Shown here: positions 47,302-58,966 of the stretch, in pieces
How positions within the stretch are numbered: the first letter of the stretch is position 1
How the letters are laid out: every line of letters begins with the position of its first letter
From: Candidatus Methylomirabilia bacterium
Lineage (GTDB): Bacteria > Methylomirabilota > Methylomirabilia > Rokubacteriales > CSP1-6
Reading direction: 5' to 3'
Length of the DNA stretch: 62,241 nt
NCBI GenBank assembly: GCA_041497895.1
Contig: JBGQHJ010000007.1
Coordinates: 1 to 62,241, forward strand
Program-made: the position numbers and the translations under genes
Notes under the pieces: generated by a model
Database searches by the model: none
Told to the model about the DNA's origin: nothing
Seen by the model: the letters and a program-made list of their open reading frames with translations, nothing else

Positions 47302-48284
47302 TTCGTGCCCCCGCGGCCGAGGGCGCCCAGCAGGTTCGGGTCGATGCGCATGCCCAGGGACAGCCCGAGCGCGGCGAGCGCGGTCTTGATCTCGTCGATC
47401 GACTTCTCCCCCAGGTTCTTCACCGACTCCAGGTCCTCGTCGGTCTTCTGGACCAGGTCCGCGACGACCATGATCTCGTGGTTCTTGAGCGCGTTGATGG
47501 CGCGCGCCGGCAGCGGCAGGTCCTCGAGCGGCTTGGCCAGGCTCTCCTGCAGGAAGGCCTCGCCGGAGGTCTCGACCTCTTCGTCCTCTTCCTCGCGCCC
47601 CTCGGGGGCCAGGTGCGCGAAGTGGGCCTTCAGGTGGCGGGCCGCCCGGGAGAGCGCCTCCTCCGGGGACACCGCGCCGTTCGTCCAGATCTCGAGGATC
47701 AGCTTTTCGTAGTCGGTGACCTTCCCGAGCCGCGCGTTCTCCACGCTGTACGACACCCGCTGGATGGGAGAGAACGCGGCGTCCACCGGGATCGCCCCGG
47801 CCGGCACCGTGCCCGCGGGATGCCGATCGGCGGCCACGTAGCCGCGACCGACCCCGATGCCCAGGTCCATCGAGAGGGAGCCGCCCGCCCCCAGGGTCGC
47901 GATGTGGAGCTCCGGGTTCAGCACCTCGACCCCGCTTGCCTCCGACACGTCCGCCCCGGTCACCGTCTTGGGCCCCTTGGCCTCGAGCCGGGTCTCGGTG
48001 GGCTCGCCGGACGGCACGTTCACCGCCAGCTTCTTCACGTTGAGGAGCACGTCGGTCGTGTCTTCCTGGACCGCCGGGATCTTCGTATCGAGGTCCTTCA
48101 CTCCCGGGATCCGCACCCAGGCGACCGCCGAGCCCGGCACGATCGACAGCAGGGTGCGACGGAGGGAGTGCCCGACGGTGAGCGCGTAGCCCTTCTCGAA
48201 GGGCTCTGCGACCAGCCGCCCGTAGCGGTCGGAGCGGATCTCCCACTGGATCGACTTCGGCTTCTGAAACGGAATCCTTGCCAT
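47298..48284 (-). CDS. rpoA: RNA polymerase alpha subunit (divergent)
   Basis: Lies between rpsD and rpl[46 protein letters not shown]. Confidence 0.93.
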   Translation of the reverse strand: MARIPFQKPKSIQWEIRSDRYGRLVAEPFEKGYALTVGHSLRRTLLSIVPGSAVAWVRIPGVKDLDTKIPAVQEDTTDVLLNVKKLAVNVPSGEPTETRLEAKGPKTVTGADVSEASGVEVLNPELHIATLGAGGSLSMDLGIGVGRGYVAADRHPAGTVPAGAIPVDAAFSPIQRVSYSVENARLGKVTDYEKLILEIWTNGAVSPEEALSRAARHLKAHFAHLAPEGREEEDEEVETSGEAFLQESLAKPLEDLPLPARAINALKNHEIMVVADLVQKTDEDLESVKNLGEKSIDEIKTALAALGLSLGMRIDPNLLGALGRGGTK

Positions 48285-48310
48285 ATTCCCCTTCTATCGG
48301 CCGCTTGGCC

Positions 48311-48934
48311 TTACTTCGAGAACAGCTCGACGATGAGCTGCTCCTGCACCGGGATCTGGATGTCCTCCCGGAGCGGAAGCCCGCGCACCGTACCTTTCTT
48401 CTCGTTCACGTCGAGGTCGAGCCACGGCGGAACCGGCGACCGGCCCGCGGTCAGGTTGTCGGCCACTCGCTCCTGCATCTTCGAAGTCGGCCGGAGCTGC
48501 ACCGCTTCGCCCACCTTCACGATGAAGGACGGGATCGAGACCTTTCGCCCGTTCACCTGGATGTGCCCGTGCCCGATCATCTGCCGGGCCTCCCGGCGGG
48601 AGGCGGCCATGCCGAGCCGGAACACCACGTTGTCGAGACGCCGCTCGAGGTACTTGAGCAGGTTCTCGCCGGTGATGCCCTTGTCGGCCTCCGCCCACGC
48701 GAAGTACCGGCGGAACTGGGCCTCGAGCACCCCGTAGATGCGCTTGGCCTTCTGCTTCTCGCGCAGCTGGATGCCGTACTGGGTCGGCTTGGTGCGACCC
48801 AGGCCGTGCTGGCCCGGCGGATAGTTCCGGCGCTCGATCGCGCACTTCTCGGTGAAGCAGCGGGAGCCCTTCAGGAACAGCTTGATGCCTTCACGCCGGC
48901 ACTGCCGGCAGGCGGCGGCTCGATATCGTGCCAC
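48311..48934 (-). CDS. rpsD: 30S ribosomal protein S4
   Basis: [32 protein letters not shown]. Confidence 0.97.
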   Translation of the reverse strand: MARYRAAACRQCRREGIKLFLKGSRCFTEKCAIERRNYPPGQHGLGRTKPTQYGIQLREKQKAKRIYGVLEAQFRRYFAWAEADKGITGENLLKYLERRLDNVVFRLGMAASRREARQMIGHGHIQVNGRKVSIPSFIVKVGEAVQLRPTSKMQERVADNLTAGRSPVPPWLDLDVNEKKGTVRGLPLREDIQIPVQEQLIVELFSK

Positions 48935-48946
48935 TTACGTCTCCTC

Positions 48947-49375
48947 CTACACGCGTCGCCGCTTGGGCGGCCGGCAGCCGTTGTGCGGAATGGGGGTCAC
49001 GTCACGGATGGCGGTGATCTCGAGCCCCACCGCCTGCAGCGAGCGGATCGCGGCCTCGCGCCCGGCTCCGGGACCGCGCACGAACACCTCCACCTGCTTG
49101 AGCCCCACTTCCATCGCCTTGCGGGCCGCGTTCTCGGCCGCGGTCTGCGCCGCGAACGGGGTGCTCTTGCGGGAGCCCTTGAAGCCCACGCTGCCCGCGC
49201 TGGCCCACGAGACCACGTTGCCCATCTTGTCGGTCAAGGTCACGATCGTGTTGTTGAAGGTGGCCTGCACGTGGGCGATGCCCACGCGGACCTCCTTGCG
49301 CTCCCGCTTGCGCCCGCCCTTGCGGGGCGCGGCGGCGGCTTTCTCGTCCGGCTTCTGCTCGGCGGCGTCGGCCAT
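48947..49375 (-). CDS. rpsK: 30S ribosomal protein S11
   Basis: [38 protein letters not shown]. Confidence 0.97.
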   Translation of the reverse strand: MADAAEQKPDEKAAAAPRKGGRKRERKEVRVGIAHVQATFNNTIVTLTDKMGNVVSWASAGSVGFKGSRKSTPFAAQTAAENAARKAMEVGLKQVEVFVRGPGAGREAAIRSLQAVGLEITAIRDVTPIPHNGCRPPKRRRV

Positions 49376-49384
49376 CTCGGCTCC

Positions 49385-49789
49385 TTACTTTTTCGGCGGG
49401 GCGGAAGGCGCGGCGGCGACCGGCTTCTTCTTCACCATCACGCCCTTGCTCTTGCCCTTGCGGGTGCGGGCGTTGGTGTGGGTCCGCTGTCCGCGCACCG
49501 GCAGACCCTTGCGGTGCCGGATGCCCCGATAGCAGCCGATGTCCATGAGCCGCTTCACGCTCATCGACACCTCGCGGCGCAGGTCACCCTCGACCTTGTA
49601 CTCGCGCTCGATGATGTCGCGGACGCGCCCGGTCTCGTCGTCGCTCCAGGCCTTCACGCGCTTGTTGGGATCGACCCGCGCGTCGGCGAAGATCTTCTTC
49701 GCCGACGGGATGCCGATCCCGTAGATGTACTGGACCGCGATCTGACCCCGCTTGTCCCGCGGCAGATCGACTCCGGCGATACGTGCCAT
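49385..49789 (-). CDS. rpsM: 30S ribosomal protein S13
   Basis: [28 protein letters not shown]. Confidence 0.97.
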   Translation of the reverse strand: MARIAGVDLPRDKRGQIAVQYIYGIGIPSAKKIFADARVDPNKRVKAWSDDETGRVRDIIEREYKVEGDLRREVSMSVKRLMDIGCYRGIRHRKGLPVRGQRTHTNARTRKGKSKGVMVKKKPVAAAPSAPPKK

Positions 49790-49797
49790 GTTGGCTC

Positions 49798-49911
49798 CTA
49801 TCCCTGACGCTGCTTGTGGCGCGGGTTCTTGCAGATGATGCGCACGATGCCCTCGCGACGCACGATCTTGCAGTTCTCACACCGGACCTTGATCGACGGA
49901 CGAACTTTCAT
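49798..49911 (-). CDS. rpmJ: 50S ribosomal protein L36
   Basis: Hand translation: [37 protein letters not shown]. Confidence 0.96.
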   Translation of the reverse strand: MKVRPSIKVRCENCKIVRREGIVRIICKNPRHKQRQG

Positions 49912-49932
49912 TCCCTTGTCCCTCTATATATC

Positions 49933-49964
49933 CGCTCGGCTCGCCTTCGGCTGCGCCTCGCCAA
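49933..49964 (-). repeat. 32-bp dispersed intergenic element, copy 1
   Basis: 30/32 identical to 61741-61772. Confidence 0.85.
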
Positions 49965-49970
49965 GCTCGA

Positions 49971-50189
49971 TTACTTGAACCGATATGTGATCCGGCCGCG
50001 CGTCAGGTCATAGGGCGACAGCTCCACCTTGACCTTGTCGCCCGGCAGGATGCGGATGAAGTTCATCCGCATCTTGCCCGACACGTGGGCCAGCACCTTG
50101 TGTCCGTTCTCCAGCTCGACCCGGAACATCGCGTTGGGCAGCGGCTCCACCACCGTACCCTCCACCTCGATCGCGTCCTCTTTGGCCAT
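49971..50189 (-). CDS. infA: Translation initiation factor IF-1
   Basis: [11 protein letters not shown]...[13 protein letters not shown]...[13 protein letters not shown]. Confidence 0.97.
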   Translation of the reverse strand: MAKEDAIEVEGTVVEPLPNAMFRVELENGHKVLAHVSGKMRMNFIRILPGDKVKVELSPYDLTRGRITYRFK

Positions 50190-50200
50190 GTGCGTGGGTC

Positions 50201-50962
50201 CTAGACGCCCTGGTCCGTCCGGGTCAGGACCTCGGGGCCCCGCTCGGTGATCGCGATGGTGTCCTCGAAGTGCGCGGCCCAGCTCCCGTCGACGGTCACC
50301 GCCGTCCAGCGGTCCTCGAGCACGCGGACCTCCCACGAGCCCATCGTCACCATGGGCTCGATCGCCAGCACCATGCCCGCCTTGATGACCGGGCCGCGCC
50401 CGGCGTCGCCGAAGTTCGGGATCTGCGGCTCCTCGTGGAGGCTCTGGCCGATACCGTGGCCCACGAAGGCGCGCACCACCCCGAAGCCGTGGCTCTCGCA
50501 GTGCTCCTGCACCGCGTGCGAGATGTCGCCCAGGCGATTGCCGGCCCGGCACTGCACGATGGCCTTGTCGAGGCTCTCGCGGGTGACGTCGAGGAGCTCC
50601 TGCACCCGGGCCGGCACCGCCCCCACCGGCAGGGTGATCGCGCAGTCCGCGTAGTACCCCTCGACGATGCAGCCGAGATCGAGCCCCACGATGTCCCCCT
50701 CGCGAAGCTTTCGCTTGGCGGAGGGAATCCCGTGGACCACTTCCTCGTTGATCGAGATGCACACCGTGGCGGGGAATCCCCGGTAACCCTTGAAAGCGGG
50801 GATGGCCCCCCGGGAGACGATGAACGCTTCAACGTCCGCGTCGATCTCCTTGGTGGAGATACCGGGCCGGGCCAGCTTGCGCAGCCGGTCCTTCACCTCG
50901 GCGAGGATCCGTCCCGCCGTCCGCATGTGTCCGAGCTCGCGCGCCGACTTGAGCAGGATCAC
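50201..50962 (-). CDS. map: Methionine aminopeptidase type I
   Basis: GTG at 50962; [34 protein letters not shown]. Confidence 0.96.
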   Translation of the reverse strand: MILLKSARELGHMRTAGRILAEVKDRLRKLARPGISTKEIDADVEAFIVSRGAIPAFKGYRGFPATVCISINEEVVHGIPSAKRKLREGDIVGLDLGCIVEGYYADCAITLPVGAVPARVQELLDVTRESLDKAIVQCRAGNRLGDISHAVQEHCESHGFGVVRAFVGHGIGQSLHEEPQIPNFGDAGRGPVIKAGMVLAIEPMVTMGSWEVRVLEDRWTAVTVDGSWAAHFEDTIAITERGPEVLTRTDQGV

Positions 50963-51618
50963 CGCGGCACCGGCTCCTTCACCGCCCGGCGGATTCGGTC
51001 GGCCACCTCCGCCACCGGGCCCTCCCCGGCCGCGCGTACCAGCAGACCGCGCTGGCGGTAGTAGTCGAGGAGCGGCGCGGTCTGGGTCTGGTACACGTCG
51101 AGGCGTCGGGCCACAGTGGCCTCCGCGTCGTCCTCGCGCTGGTACAGCTCGCCGCCGCACTGGTCGCAGCGGCCCGCCATCTTCGGGGGCGCCGAGACCA
51201 TGTGGAAGGCGGTCCCGCACTGCCGGCAGATCCGGCGGCCGGTGAGCCGACGGATGAGCTCGTCGCGCGACACGTCGAAGAAGATCACCCGGTCGAGCTC
51301 CTGCCGCCTCCGCCGCAGGAGCGCGTCGAGGGCCTCCGCCTGGGCCACCGTGCGGGGAAACCCGTCCAGCACGTAGCCGGGGGCCGCGTCGGGCCGGGCC
51401 AAGCGCTCGTCGACGAGCCCGATCACCACGTCGTCCGGCACGAGGGCTCCCGAGTCCATGTAGCGCTTGGCCTCGCGGCCGAGCAGCGTGCCCTCGGCCA
51501 CCGCCTCGCGCAGCATGTCCCCGGTGGCCACCTGGGGCACGCCCGAGTCCGCGGCGAGACGCCGGGCCTGCGTGCCCTTGCCGGCGCCCGGGGCGCCGAG
51601 GAAGATGACCCGGCTCAT
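50959..51618 (-). CDS. adk: Adenylate kinase (Zn-binding LID)
   Basis: GAPGAGKGTQA, LDGFPRT, CRQC...CDQC. Confidence 0.96.
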   Translation of the reverse strand: MSRVIFLGAPGAGKGTQARRLAADSGVPQVATGDMLREAVAEGTLLGREAKRYMDSGALVPDDVVIGLVDERLARPDAAPGYVLDGFPRTVAQAEALDALLRRRRQELDRVIFFDVSRDELIRRLTGRRICRQCGTAFHMVSAPPKMAGRCDQCGGELYQREDDAEATVARRLDVYQTQTAPLLDYYRQRGLLVRAAGEGPVAEVADRIRRAVKEPVPR

Positions 51619-52925
51619 GCGCCCTTGGCCTTCTTCCGCAGGAAGCCTTCGTAGTTCCGCATCAGGAGATGGGACTCCATCTGGCGCACGGTATCGAGCG
51701 CCACCCCGACCACGATCAGGAGGCTCGTCCCGCCGAAGTAGAACGGGGTGTTGAACCACCGGATCAGGAAGTCGGGCAGCACCGAGATCATGGCCAGGAA
51801 GATGGCCCCGGGCAGCGTGATCCGCGTCAGGACCCGGTCGATGTACTCGGCGGTCTTCTTGCCGGGCCGCACGCCCGGGATGAACCCGCCGTACTTCTTC
51901 ATGTTATCCGCCAGGTCAACCGGGTTGAACACGATGGCGGTGTAGAAGTAGGCGAAGAAGATGATGAGGGCGCAGTAGAGCGCGGTATAGGTCACGTGCC
52001 CCGGGGAGAGCGCCTCCGACACGTACTGCATCCACGGATGGTGGATGAAGCGGGTGAGGGTCGCCGGGAACAGGATCAGGGACGAGGCGAAGATCACCGG
52101 AATCACGCCCGCGGTGTTGATGCGCAGCGGGATGTGGGTGGACTGGCCCCCGTACATCCGCCGCCCCACCACCCGCTTGGCGTACTGGACCGGGATCTTC
52201 CGCTGGCCCTCCTGCATGATCACCACCGCCGCGGTCACCAGGACCATCATGACGATCAGGCCCAGGAACACGAAGAGCTGAAGCTCACCGGTGGAGATCA
52301 GAGTGTAGGAGGACACGATCGCCGAGGGCAGGCGCACCACGATGCCCGCGAAGATGATCAGCGAGATGCCGTTGCCGATGCCCTTCTCCGAGATCTGCTC
52401 GCCCAGCCACATGATCAGGGCGGTCCCGGTGGTCAGGGTGAGCATGGTCAGGAGCCGGAAGCCCCAGCCCGGGTCGGGAACCAGGATCGCCCCGGTCTGG
52501 CTCCGCATGCTCTCGAGCCCCACCGCGATGCCGAAGGACTGCACGAGCGAGAGCGCGATGGTGCCGTAGCGGGTGTACTGGGTGATCTTCTTCTTGCCCG
52601 CCTCGCCTTCCTTGGCCAGCCGCTCCAGGGACGGGATCACCACGGTCAGCAGCTGGAGGATGATCGACGCCGAGATGTACGGCATGATCCCGAGCGCGAA
52701 CACGGTCAGGCGCCGCAGGTTGCCGCCCGAGAAGAGGTCGACCATCCCGAGCAGCGTGCCCTGCACCTGGTTGAAAAACTCGGCCAGCGCCGCCGCGTCG
52801 ATGCCGGGAGTGGGCACGTGGGCACCCAGCCGGTAGGCCGCGAGCAGCAGCAGGGTCATGAGCACGCGGCGCTTGAGCTCCGGAACCTTGAAGATGTTCT
52901 GGAAGCTCTGCAGGCCTTCGATCAC
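51615..52925 (-). CDS. secY: Preprotein translocase SecY
   Basis: ALGIMPYISASII, GIGNGISLIIF, FIPGVRPG, GGTSLLIVVGV. Confidence 0.97.
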   Translation of the reverse strand: MIEGLQSFQNIFKVPELKRRVLMTLLLLAAYRLGAHVPTPGIDAAALAEFFNQVQGTLLGMVDLFSGGNLRRLTVFALGIMPYISASIILQLLTVVIPSLERLAKEGEAGKKKITQYTRYGTIALSLVQSFGIAVGLESMRSQTGAILVPDPGWGFRLLTMLTLTTGTALIMWLGEQISEKGIGNGISLIIFAGIVVRLPSAIVSSYTLISTGELQLFVFLGLIVMMVLVTAAVVIMQEGQRKIPVQYAKRVVGRRMYGGQSTHIPLRINTAGVIPVIFASSLILFPATLTRFIHHPWMQYVSEALSPGHVTYTALYCALIIFFAYFYTAIVFNPVDLADNMKKYGGFIPGVRPGKKTAEYIDRVLTRITLPGAIFLAMISVLPDFLIRWFNTPFYFGGTSLLIVVGVALDTVRQMESHLLMRNYEGFLRKKAKGA

Positions 52926-53398
52926 TTCGCGGCCCTCTCGCCCCGGACGGGCAGGATCTCGACGCGGCCACCCGCCGCCTCGATCTTCTGCTTGGCCCCC
53001 TCGCTCACCTTGTGCGCGCGCACGGTGAGGGCGTGCCCCACGTCTCCGTCGCCCAGCACCTTGACCGAGGCGCGCCCCGACTTGTGGATGAGGCGGCTCC
53101 CGGCCAGCGCGTCCGGGTCGACCACGCTGCCGGCCGCGAAGCGGTCGGACAGGTCGCCCACGTTCACGATGGCGAACTCGGTCTTGCCTCCGTAGGGCAG
53201 GAAGCCGCGCTTGGGCAGCCGTCGGTAGAGCGGCATCTGGCCACCCTCGAACCCGACCCGCACCCCGCCCCCCGCCCGGGCCTTCTGGCCCTTGTGGCCC
53301 TTGCCGGAGGTCTTGCCTTGACCGGACGCCCGGCCGCGGCCGAGCCGCTTGCGGTTCTTCGTCGAGCCCGGCGCCGGCCTCAGGTCCTCGAGCCTCAT
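52922..53398 (-). CDS. rplO: 50S ribosomal protein L15
   Basis: GRG..SG.GKTSGKGHKGQ, FEGGQMPL. Confidence 0.97.
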   Translation of the reverse strand: MRLEDLRPAPGSTKNRKRLGRGRASGQGKTSGKGHKGQKARAGGGVRVGFEGGQMPLYRRLPKRGFLPYGGKTEFAIVNVGDLSDRFAAGSVVDPDALAGSRLIHKSGRASVKVLGDGDVGHALTVRAHKVSEGAKQKIEAAGGRVEILPVRGERAAK

Positions 53399-53577
53399 GA
53401 TTCTTTCACCTTCACCGCGAATGGAACCGTGGCGATCATCCCCCGGATCGTCGGGGTGTCGTCGTGCTCCACCTCGTGCCGGATCCGTCGCAGGCCGAGC
53501 GCCTTGACGGTGGCTTCCTGCGTCGGGGAGAGCCCGATGATGCTCCTGACCAGCGTGACCTTAAGCTTCTTTGCCAC
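53395..53577 (-). CDS. rpmD: 50S ribosomal protein L30
   Basis: GTG at 53577; [23 protein letters not shown]. Confidence 0.94.
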   Translation of the reverse strand: MAKKLKVTLVRSIIGLSPTQEATVKALGLRRIRHEVEHDDTPTIRGMIATVPFAVKVKES

Positions 53578-54091
53578 CGACCGCCTCCTGCCCGTCGCCG
53601 TCGAGCGACCGGCGCCGCGCCGCATACGTCGACTGCAGCCGCTTGAGCCGGCGGAAGGCGTCCATCGTCGCCTTCAGCACGTTGTGCGGGTTGTTGGTGC
53701 CGAGGGTCTTGGTGAGGATGTCCTGCACCCCCGCCGCCTCCAGCACTGGCCGCACCGCGCCGCCCGCGATGACCCCGGTGCCCTGCGCCGCAGGCTTGAG
53801 ATACACCCGCGCGGCGCCGAAGTGGCCGGTGATCTCGCACGGGATCGTGGTGTCCTTGAGCGGCACCTTCACCAGGTCCTTCTTGGCGTGCTCCACCGAC
53901 TTGCGGATGGCCTCGGGAACCTCGCGGGCCTTGCCGAGCCCGACGCCCACGTGCCCCTGCCCGTCCCCCACCACCACCAGGGCCGTGAAGGAGAATCGCC
54001 GGCCGCCCTTGACGACCTTGGCTACCCGGTTGATGGCGACCACCCGGTCGGTCAGGTCCAGCGCATTGGGATCAATCCGCGCTTCAGCCAC
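53561..54091 (-). CDS. rpsE: 30S ribosomal protein S5
   Basis: [22 protein letters not shown]. Confidence 0.97.
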   Translation of the reverse strand: MAEARIDPNALDLTDRVVAINRVAKVVKGGRRFSFTALVVVGDGQGHVGVGLGKAREVPEAIRKSVEHAKKDLVKVPLKDTTIPCEITGHFGAARVYLKPAAQGTGVIAGGAVRPVLEAAGVQDILTKTLGTNNPHNVLKATMDAFRRLKRLQSTYAARRRSLDGDGQEAVGGKEA

Positions 54092-54104
54092 TCGATGCTC
54101 CTCC

Positions 54105-54470
54105 CTAGAAGCCGAGGCCGGCGGCGCGTGCCGCGTCGGCCAGGGCCTTCACCCGTCCGTGGTACTGATAGCCGCCGCGGTCGAACACGACCTGATTGAT
54201 GCCACGCGCCTTCGCCCGCTGGGCCAGCAGCTCTCCCACGATCTTGGCCGCGGCGACGTTGCCGCCCGCCTTCACCTTCTGCTGGAAGTCCGGAGCCCGA
54301 CTGTCCACCGCGGCCAGCGTCCGCCCGCTGGTGTCGTCGATCACCTGCGCGTAGATGTGGTTCAGGCTCCGGAACACGGCCAGCCGCGGCCGCTCCGGGG
54401 TGCCGATCACCCGGGTCCGGATACGCAGGTGACGGATCCTCCGCCCCTCGATCTTCTTGCCGGTCAGCAT
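54105..54470 (-). CDS. rplR: 50S ribosomal protein L18
   Basis: [22 protein letters not shown]. Confidence 0.97.
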   Translation of the reverse strand: MLTGKKIEGRRIRHLRIRTRVIGTPERPRLAVFRSLNHIYAQVIDDTSGRTLAAVDSRAPDFQQKVKAGGNVAAAKIVGELLAQRAKARGINQVVFDRGGYQYHGRVKALADAARAAGLGF

Positions 54471-55012
54471 TACTTGGCCCCCGCCTTCTTGCCGACCTTC
54501 CGTCGGATGTATTCGTCCGCGTACTTGATGCCCTTGCCCTTGTAGGGGTCGGGCTTCCGGAGCGCCCGCAGCTTGGCCGCGGTCTGGCCGAGCAGCGCCT
54601 TGTCCGCGCCCCGGAGGGTGATCGAGACCTGGCGGTCGACCTCGGCCTGGATCCCATCCGGCAGCGGGAAGACGACCGGGTGCGAGTAGCCGAGGGCCAG
54701 CTGCAGGGCCTTGCCCTGGATCTGGCAGCGGTAGCCGATGCCGACGATCTCGAGCTTTCGCTCGAAGCCGTCCTTGACCCCGTGGACCATGTTGGCCAGG
54801 AGCGACCGGGTCAGGCCGTGGAGCGCGCGCACGTTGCGGTGGTCGGAGCTGCGCGCCACCGTCAGCACGTTGGACTCCATGGTCACCGACAGGCCGGACG
54901 GGATGGCCTGACTCAGCTTCCCCTTGGGCCCCTCGGCCCGGACGGTGGCGCCGTCCAGGGCGACCTTCACACCCTGGGGAACGGAGATGGGCTTCTTGCC
55001 GATTCGAGACAT
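54470..55012 (-). CDS. rplF: 50S ribosomal protein L6
   Basis: [22 protein letters not shown]. Confidence 0.97.
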   Translation of the reverse strand: MSRIGKKPISVPQGVKVALDGATVRAEGPKGKLSQAIPSGLSVTMESNVLTVARSSDHRNVRALHGLTRSLLANMVHGVKDGFERKLEIVGIGYRCQIQGKALQLALGYSHPVVFPLPDGIQAEVDRQVSITLRGADKALLGQTAAKLRALRKPDPYKGKGIKYADEYIRRKVGKKAGAK

Positions 55013-55026
55013 GGCTTGGGGATCTC

Positions 55027-55422
55027 CTACCAGACGTAGGCCAGCACTTCGCCGCCCAGGTGCTGCTTCTTCACCTGACGGTCGGTCATCACGCCGGCCG
55101 AGGTGGACAGGATCGCGACCCCCATGCCGCCCAGGATGGTCGGGATCTTGTCCTTGGTCACGTAGATCCGCCGGCCGGGCCGCGAGACGCGCACGATCCC
55201 GGAGATGATCTTCTCGCTGCCCGCGCCGTACTTCAGGTAGACGCGCAGCATGCCCTGCTTGTTGTCCTCGATGACCCGGAAGTTCTTGATGAACCCCTCG
55301 TCCTTGAGGATCTCGGCCATGCGCAGCTTGAGCTTCGACGACGGGATGTCCACCTTCTCGTGCTCGGCCCGGCTGGCGTTGCGGATGCGCGTGAGGAAGT
55401 CCGCGATCGGATCGCTCAGCAT
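55027..55422 (-). CDS. rpsH: 30S ribosomal protein S8
   Basis: [29 protein letters not shown]. Confidence 0.97.
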   Translation of the reverse strand: MLSDPIADFLTRIRNASRAEHEKVDIPSSKLKLRMAEILKDEGFIKNFRVIEDNKQGMLRVYLKYGAGSEKIISGIVRVSRPGRRIYVTKDKIPTILGGMGVAILSTSAGVMTDRQVKKQHLGGEVLAYVW

Positions 55423-55426
55423 GGGG

Positions 55427-55612
55427 CTACCAGCTCGCCTTGATCACGCCGGGCACCTCGCCCTTGAGCGCGAGCTCGCGGAAGCAGATCCGGCAGGCCT
55501 GGAACTTCCGCAGGTAGCCCCGGGGCCGACCACAGATCTTGCAGCGGGTGTAGGCGCGCGACTTGAACTTGGGAGGGCGCTGCTGCTTCATGATGAGCGC
55601 GGTCTTTGCCAT
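55427..55612 (-). CDS. rpsN: 30S ribosomal protein S14, type Z (Zn-binding)
   Basis: RCKICGR, CRICFRE; 61 aa. Confidence 0.96.
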   Translation of the reverse strand: MAKTALIMKQQRPPKFKSRAYTRCKICGRPRGYLRKFQACRICFRELALKGEVPGVIKASW

Positions 55613-56320
55613 CTACGCCTCCCGGAAGGGCACGCCCAGGTGGGTGAGGAGCGCCTTCGCTTCCTCGTCCGTTCGGGCGGTGGTCACCATCGTGATGTCC
55701 ATCCCGCGCACCTTGTCCACCTTGTCGTACACGATCTCCGGAAAGATGATCTGCTCCTTGAGCCCCATGTTGTAGTTGCCCCGTCCATCGAAGCCCTTGG
55801 GCGGGACGCCCTTGAAGTCCCGCACCCGTGGCAGGGCCACGTTGAGGAGCCGGTCCAGGAACTCGTACATCCGCGGCCCGCGCAGGGTCACCTTGCAGCC
55901 GATCGGCACGTTCTCGCGCAGCTTGAAGTTGGCGATCGACTTCTTGGCCCGGGTGATCACCGGCTTCTGGCCCGCGATCGCCTGCAGGTCCGCGGTGGCG
56001 AAGTCGAGCACCTTCGCGTTCTCCTTGCCCTCGCCCACCCCCATGTTGATGACGACCTTCTCGAGACGCGGCACCTGGAACGGATTGCTATAGCCGCGCT
56101 CCTTCATCATCGCGGGGACCACCGCCGACCGGAAGCGCTCGCGCATGCGCGGCGGGGTCGCCCCGCTGACGCTCGCGCGCTTGCCGGGCGCCTGCGGCTC
56201 CGCCGCGGGAGCGCCCTTGGCGCCGCCCTTGGGTCGGGGCGCCTGACCCGCCTTGCCGGCCGGGGCTCCGGCCGCCTTCGCTCCCGTCTTGCCTTCCGCC
56301 TTCTTCGGCTCTGCCATCAC
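55613..56320 (-). CDS. rplE: 50S ribosomal protein L5 with ~55-aa N-terminal extension
   Basis: [30 protein letters not shown]. Confidence 0.96.
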   Translation of the reverse strand: MMAEPKKAEGKTGAKAAGAPAGKAGQAPRPKGGAKGAPAAEPQAPGKRASVSGATPPRMRERFRSAVVPAMMKERGYSNPFQVPRLEKVVINMGVGEGKENAKVLDFATADLQAIAGQKPVITRAKKSIANFKLRENVPIGCKVTLRGPRMYEFLDRLLNVALPRVRDFKGVPPKGFDGRGNYNMGLKEQIIFPEIVYDKVDKVRGMDITMVTTARTDEEAKALLTHLGVPFREA

Positions 56321-56324
56321 GCCC

Positions 56325-56651
56325 TCACGCCTTGTCGAGCATCTCGCCCGACCGTCTGGCCACCCGGACCTTCTTGCCGTCGGACAACGCCTTCATTCCG
56401 ACGCGCGTCGGCTTGTCACTATTAGGATCCACCAGCATCACGTTGGAGAGATGGATCGACCCCTCGCGCTCGATGATGCCGCCCTGCCGGATCTTCTGGG
56501 TGGGCTTCTGGTGCTTCTTGATCATGTTGAGACGCTCCACCACCACCCGGCCCTTCTCGGGGATCACGCGCAGCACCTTGCCCTTCTTGCCGCGCTCCTT
56601 CCCCGCCACCACCATCACCGTGTCGCCCTTCCGCACGTGCGCGATCGCCAT
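56325..56651 (-). CDS. rplX: 50S ribosomal protein L24
   Basis: [21 protein letters not shown]. Confidence 0.96.
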   Translation of the reverse strand: MAIAHVRKGDTVMVVAGKERGKKGKVLRVIPEKGRVVVERLNMIKKHQKPTQKIRQGGIIEREGSIHLSNVMLVDPNSDKPTRVGMKALSDGKKVRVARRSGEMLDKA

Positions 56652-56659
56652 GACGTTCT

Positions 56660-57028
56660 CTAGATGACCTCGGGAGCGAGCGAGATGATCTTGGTGAACT
56701 GCTTGTCCCGAAGCTCGCGGGCGACCGGACCGAAGATGCGCGTGCCCACCGGGTTGTCGTCGGCCTTGAGCAGCACCACCGCGTTGCGGTCGAAGCGGAT
56801 GTAGGACCCGTCGCGGCGTCCCACCTCCTTCACGGTGCGCACCACCACCGCCCGCGCGACCTCACCCTTCTTCACGGTCCCGTCCGGGACCGCCTCCTTG
56901 ACCGCCACCACCACCACGTCACCCAGGGAGGCGTAGCGCTTGTTGGCGCCGCCCATCACCCGGATGCACTGGACCTTCTTGGCACCCGAGTTGTCGGCCA
57001 CGTCCAGCATGGATCGGGGCTGGATCAT
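56660..57028 (-). CDS. rplN: 50S ribosomal protein L14
   Basis: ATG at 57028; [20 protein letters not shown]. Confidence 0.97.
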   Translation of the reverse strand: MIQPRSMLDVADNSGAKKVQCIRVMGGANKRYASLGDVVVVAVKEAVPDGTVKKGEVARAVVVRTVKEVGRRDGSYIRFDRNAVVLLKADDNPVGTRIFGPVARELRDKQFTKIISLAPEVI

Positions 57029-57273
57029 GACGCGCTCGCCAGCACCTGGAGGATCCGCCACCGCTTTTCCTTCGACAGCGGCCGCGTCTCCTCGATCAGC
57101 ACCCGGTCCCCGACCTTGCTCGCGTTCTGCTCGTCGTGCGCCTTGAGGCGCTTCGACCGCGTGATCACGCGCTCGTACTGCGGATGACGGAACACGCGCT
57201 CGATGACTACCACGCGTGTCTTGGTCATCTTGTCGCTGACCACCACGCCCTCTCGCGTCTTCTTGACGCCCAC
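57025..57273 (-). CDS. rpsQ: 30S ribosomal protein S17
   Basis: [20 protein letters not shown]. Confidence 0.96.
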   Translation of the reverse strand: MGVKKTREGVVVSDKMTKTRVVVIERVFRHPQYERVITRSKRLKAHDEQNASKVGDRVLIEETRPLSKEKRWRILQVLASAS

Positions 57274-57293
57274 TGTCCTGTCCTCCCCCGCCT

Positions 57294-57500
57294 CTACGCC
57301 GTGCGCGGGATGCGCAGCGCCCGCTCTCTCAGGATCGTCTGGGCCCGCGCGAGATCCCGCCGGGCGATCGCCACCCGGGCCGGATTCTTGGCCACGCCCA
57401 TCGAGAGCTGGAACCTCAGGTTGAAGAGCTCCTCGCCGAGCTCCCGGGCTTTCTGCTGCACCTCTTCGTCGGACATCTCACGCCACTTGGCCGCCTTCAT
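57294..57500 (-). CDS. rpmC: 50S ribosomal protein L29
   Basis: [19 protein letters not shown]. Confidence 0.95.
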   Translation of the reverse strand: MKAAKWREMSDEEVQQKARELGEELFNLRFQLSMGVAKNPARVAIARRDLARAQTILRERALRIPRTA

Positions 57501-57507
57501 GATCCCC

Positions 57508-57924
57508 TCAGAGCGCCCGCGTACGGGTCACGAACTTGGTCTTGATCCCGATCTTCTGGGCGGCCAGGCGGAACCCCTCCTTGGCCGTCGCCTCGTCGAC
57601 GCCCTCCATCTCGTACATGATCCGGCCGGGTTTCACCACCGCCACCCAGAACTCCGGGTTGCCCTTGCCCTTGCCCATCCGCGTCTCGGCCGGCTTCTTG
57701 GTCACCGGCTTGTCGGGGAAGATCCGGATGAAGATCTTCCCGCCGCGCTTGACGCTGCGGGCCAGCGACACGCGCGCCGCCTCGATCTGGCGATTGGTCA
57801 CCCAGCCCGGCTCGAGCGCCTTGAGCCCGAACTCCCCGAAGGCCAGGGTCGAGCCGCGCTGCGCCTTGCCCTTCATCCGGCCGCGCTGGGCCTTCCGGTA
57901 CTTGACCCGCTTGGGCATCAGCAT
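57508..57924 (-). CDS. rplP: 50S ribosomal protein L16
   Basis: [15 protein letters not shown]. Confidence 0.97.
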   Translation of the reverse strand: MLMPKRVKYRKAQRGRMKGKAQRGSTLAFGEFGLKALEPGWVTNRQIEAARVSLARSVKRGGKIFIRIFPDKPVTKKPAETRMGKGKGNPEFWVAVVKPGRIMYEMEGVDEATAKEGFRLAAQKIGIKTKFVTRTRAL

Positions 57925-57930
57925 GGCGGT

Positions 57931-58581
57931 CTAGCCCTCGGCGGCGGCTTTCTGGGCGGGGAGCACCTCACCCTTGAAGATCCACACCTTCACCCCGATG
58001 GCCCCGAACGTGGTGTGCGCCTCGGCGAGCCCGTAGTCGATGTCGGCCCGGATGGTGTGCAGCGGCACCCGCCCGTCGCGATACCACTCGCGCCGCGCGA
58101 TCTCCGCGCCGCCCAGCCGGCCCGAGCAGGCGATCCGGATGCCGTCCGCCCCCAGCCGCAGCGCGGAGGTGACCGCCTTCTTCATGGCCCGTCGGAACGC
58201 CACCCGCTTCTGGAGCTGCAGGGCCACGTTCTCGGCCACCAGCTGCGCGTCCAGCTCGGGATGGACCACCTCTTCGATGTTGAGGTAGACCTCCTTGGCG
58301 GTGCGCGACTGGATCTCGTTCTTCAGCTTCTCGACCTCCGCGCCCTTGCGGCCGATGATGATGCCGGGCCGAGCGGTGAAGATCGTGATGCGAGCGCGAT
58401 TGGCCGAGCGCTCGATATCGATCCGAGAGATCCCCGCGTGGTAGAGCGACGACTTGATGAAGCGCCGAATCTTGTGGTCCTCGTGCAGGAGGGCCGCGTA
58501 CCCCTTGGTGGCGAACCAGCGCGAGCTCCACGTCCTCGTGGACCCCAGCCGGAACCCGATCGGATGCGTCTTCTGACCCAT
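57931..58581 (-). CDS. rpsC: 30S ribosomal protein S3
   Basis: [30 protein letters not shown]. Confidence 0.97.
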   Translation of the reverse strand: MGQKTHPIGFRLGSTRTWSSRWFATKGYAALLHEDHKIRRFIKSSLYHAGISRIDIERSANRARITIFTARPGIIIGRKGAEVEKLKNEIQSRTAKEVYLNIEEVVHPELDAQLVAENVALQLQKRVAFRRAMKKAVTSALRLGADGIRIACSGRLGGAEIARREWYRDGRVPLHTIRADIDYGLAEAHTTFGAIGVKVWIFKGEVLPAQKAAAEG

Positions 58582-58583
58582 GG

Positions 58584-58964
58584 CTACCTCTTGCCTCCCC
58601 GTGCCGCCGCGGGGGCCGCGGAAGGCGTCGTCTCGTCGCTGAGCTCGATGGTCAGGTGGCTCGTGCGGTGCTTGATGAAGTAGGCGCGGCCCATCGCCCG
58701 GGGAGACACCCGCTTCATCGACGGTCCCCCGTCGGCGATCGCCTTGACCACCCGGAGGTCGTCGAGGTTGCGGACCTGGTGGTTGTGCTCCGCGTTGGCG
58801 ATGGCCGAGCGCAGCACCTTCTCGATGAGGCGGCCGGCCGCCTTCGGCGTGTACTGCAGCGTCGCCAGCGCCTCCCCCACCGACTTGCCCCGGATGTGGT
58901 CGAGGACGAGGCGGGCCTTGGAGGCGGGCACCCGGATGTAGCGCGCGGTCGCTCGCGTACGCAT
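58584..58964 (-). CDS. rplV: 50S ribosomal protein L22
   Basis: KARLV...IRG, SAIANAE, PRAMGRA. Confidence 0.96.
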   Translation of the reverse strand: MRTRATARYIRVPASKARLVLDHIRGKSVGEALATLQYTPKAAGRLIEKVLRSAIANAEHNHQVRNLDDLRVVKAIADGGPSMKRVSPRAMGRAYFIKHRTSHLTIELSDETTPSAAPAAARGGKR

Positions 58965-58966
58965 GC

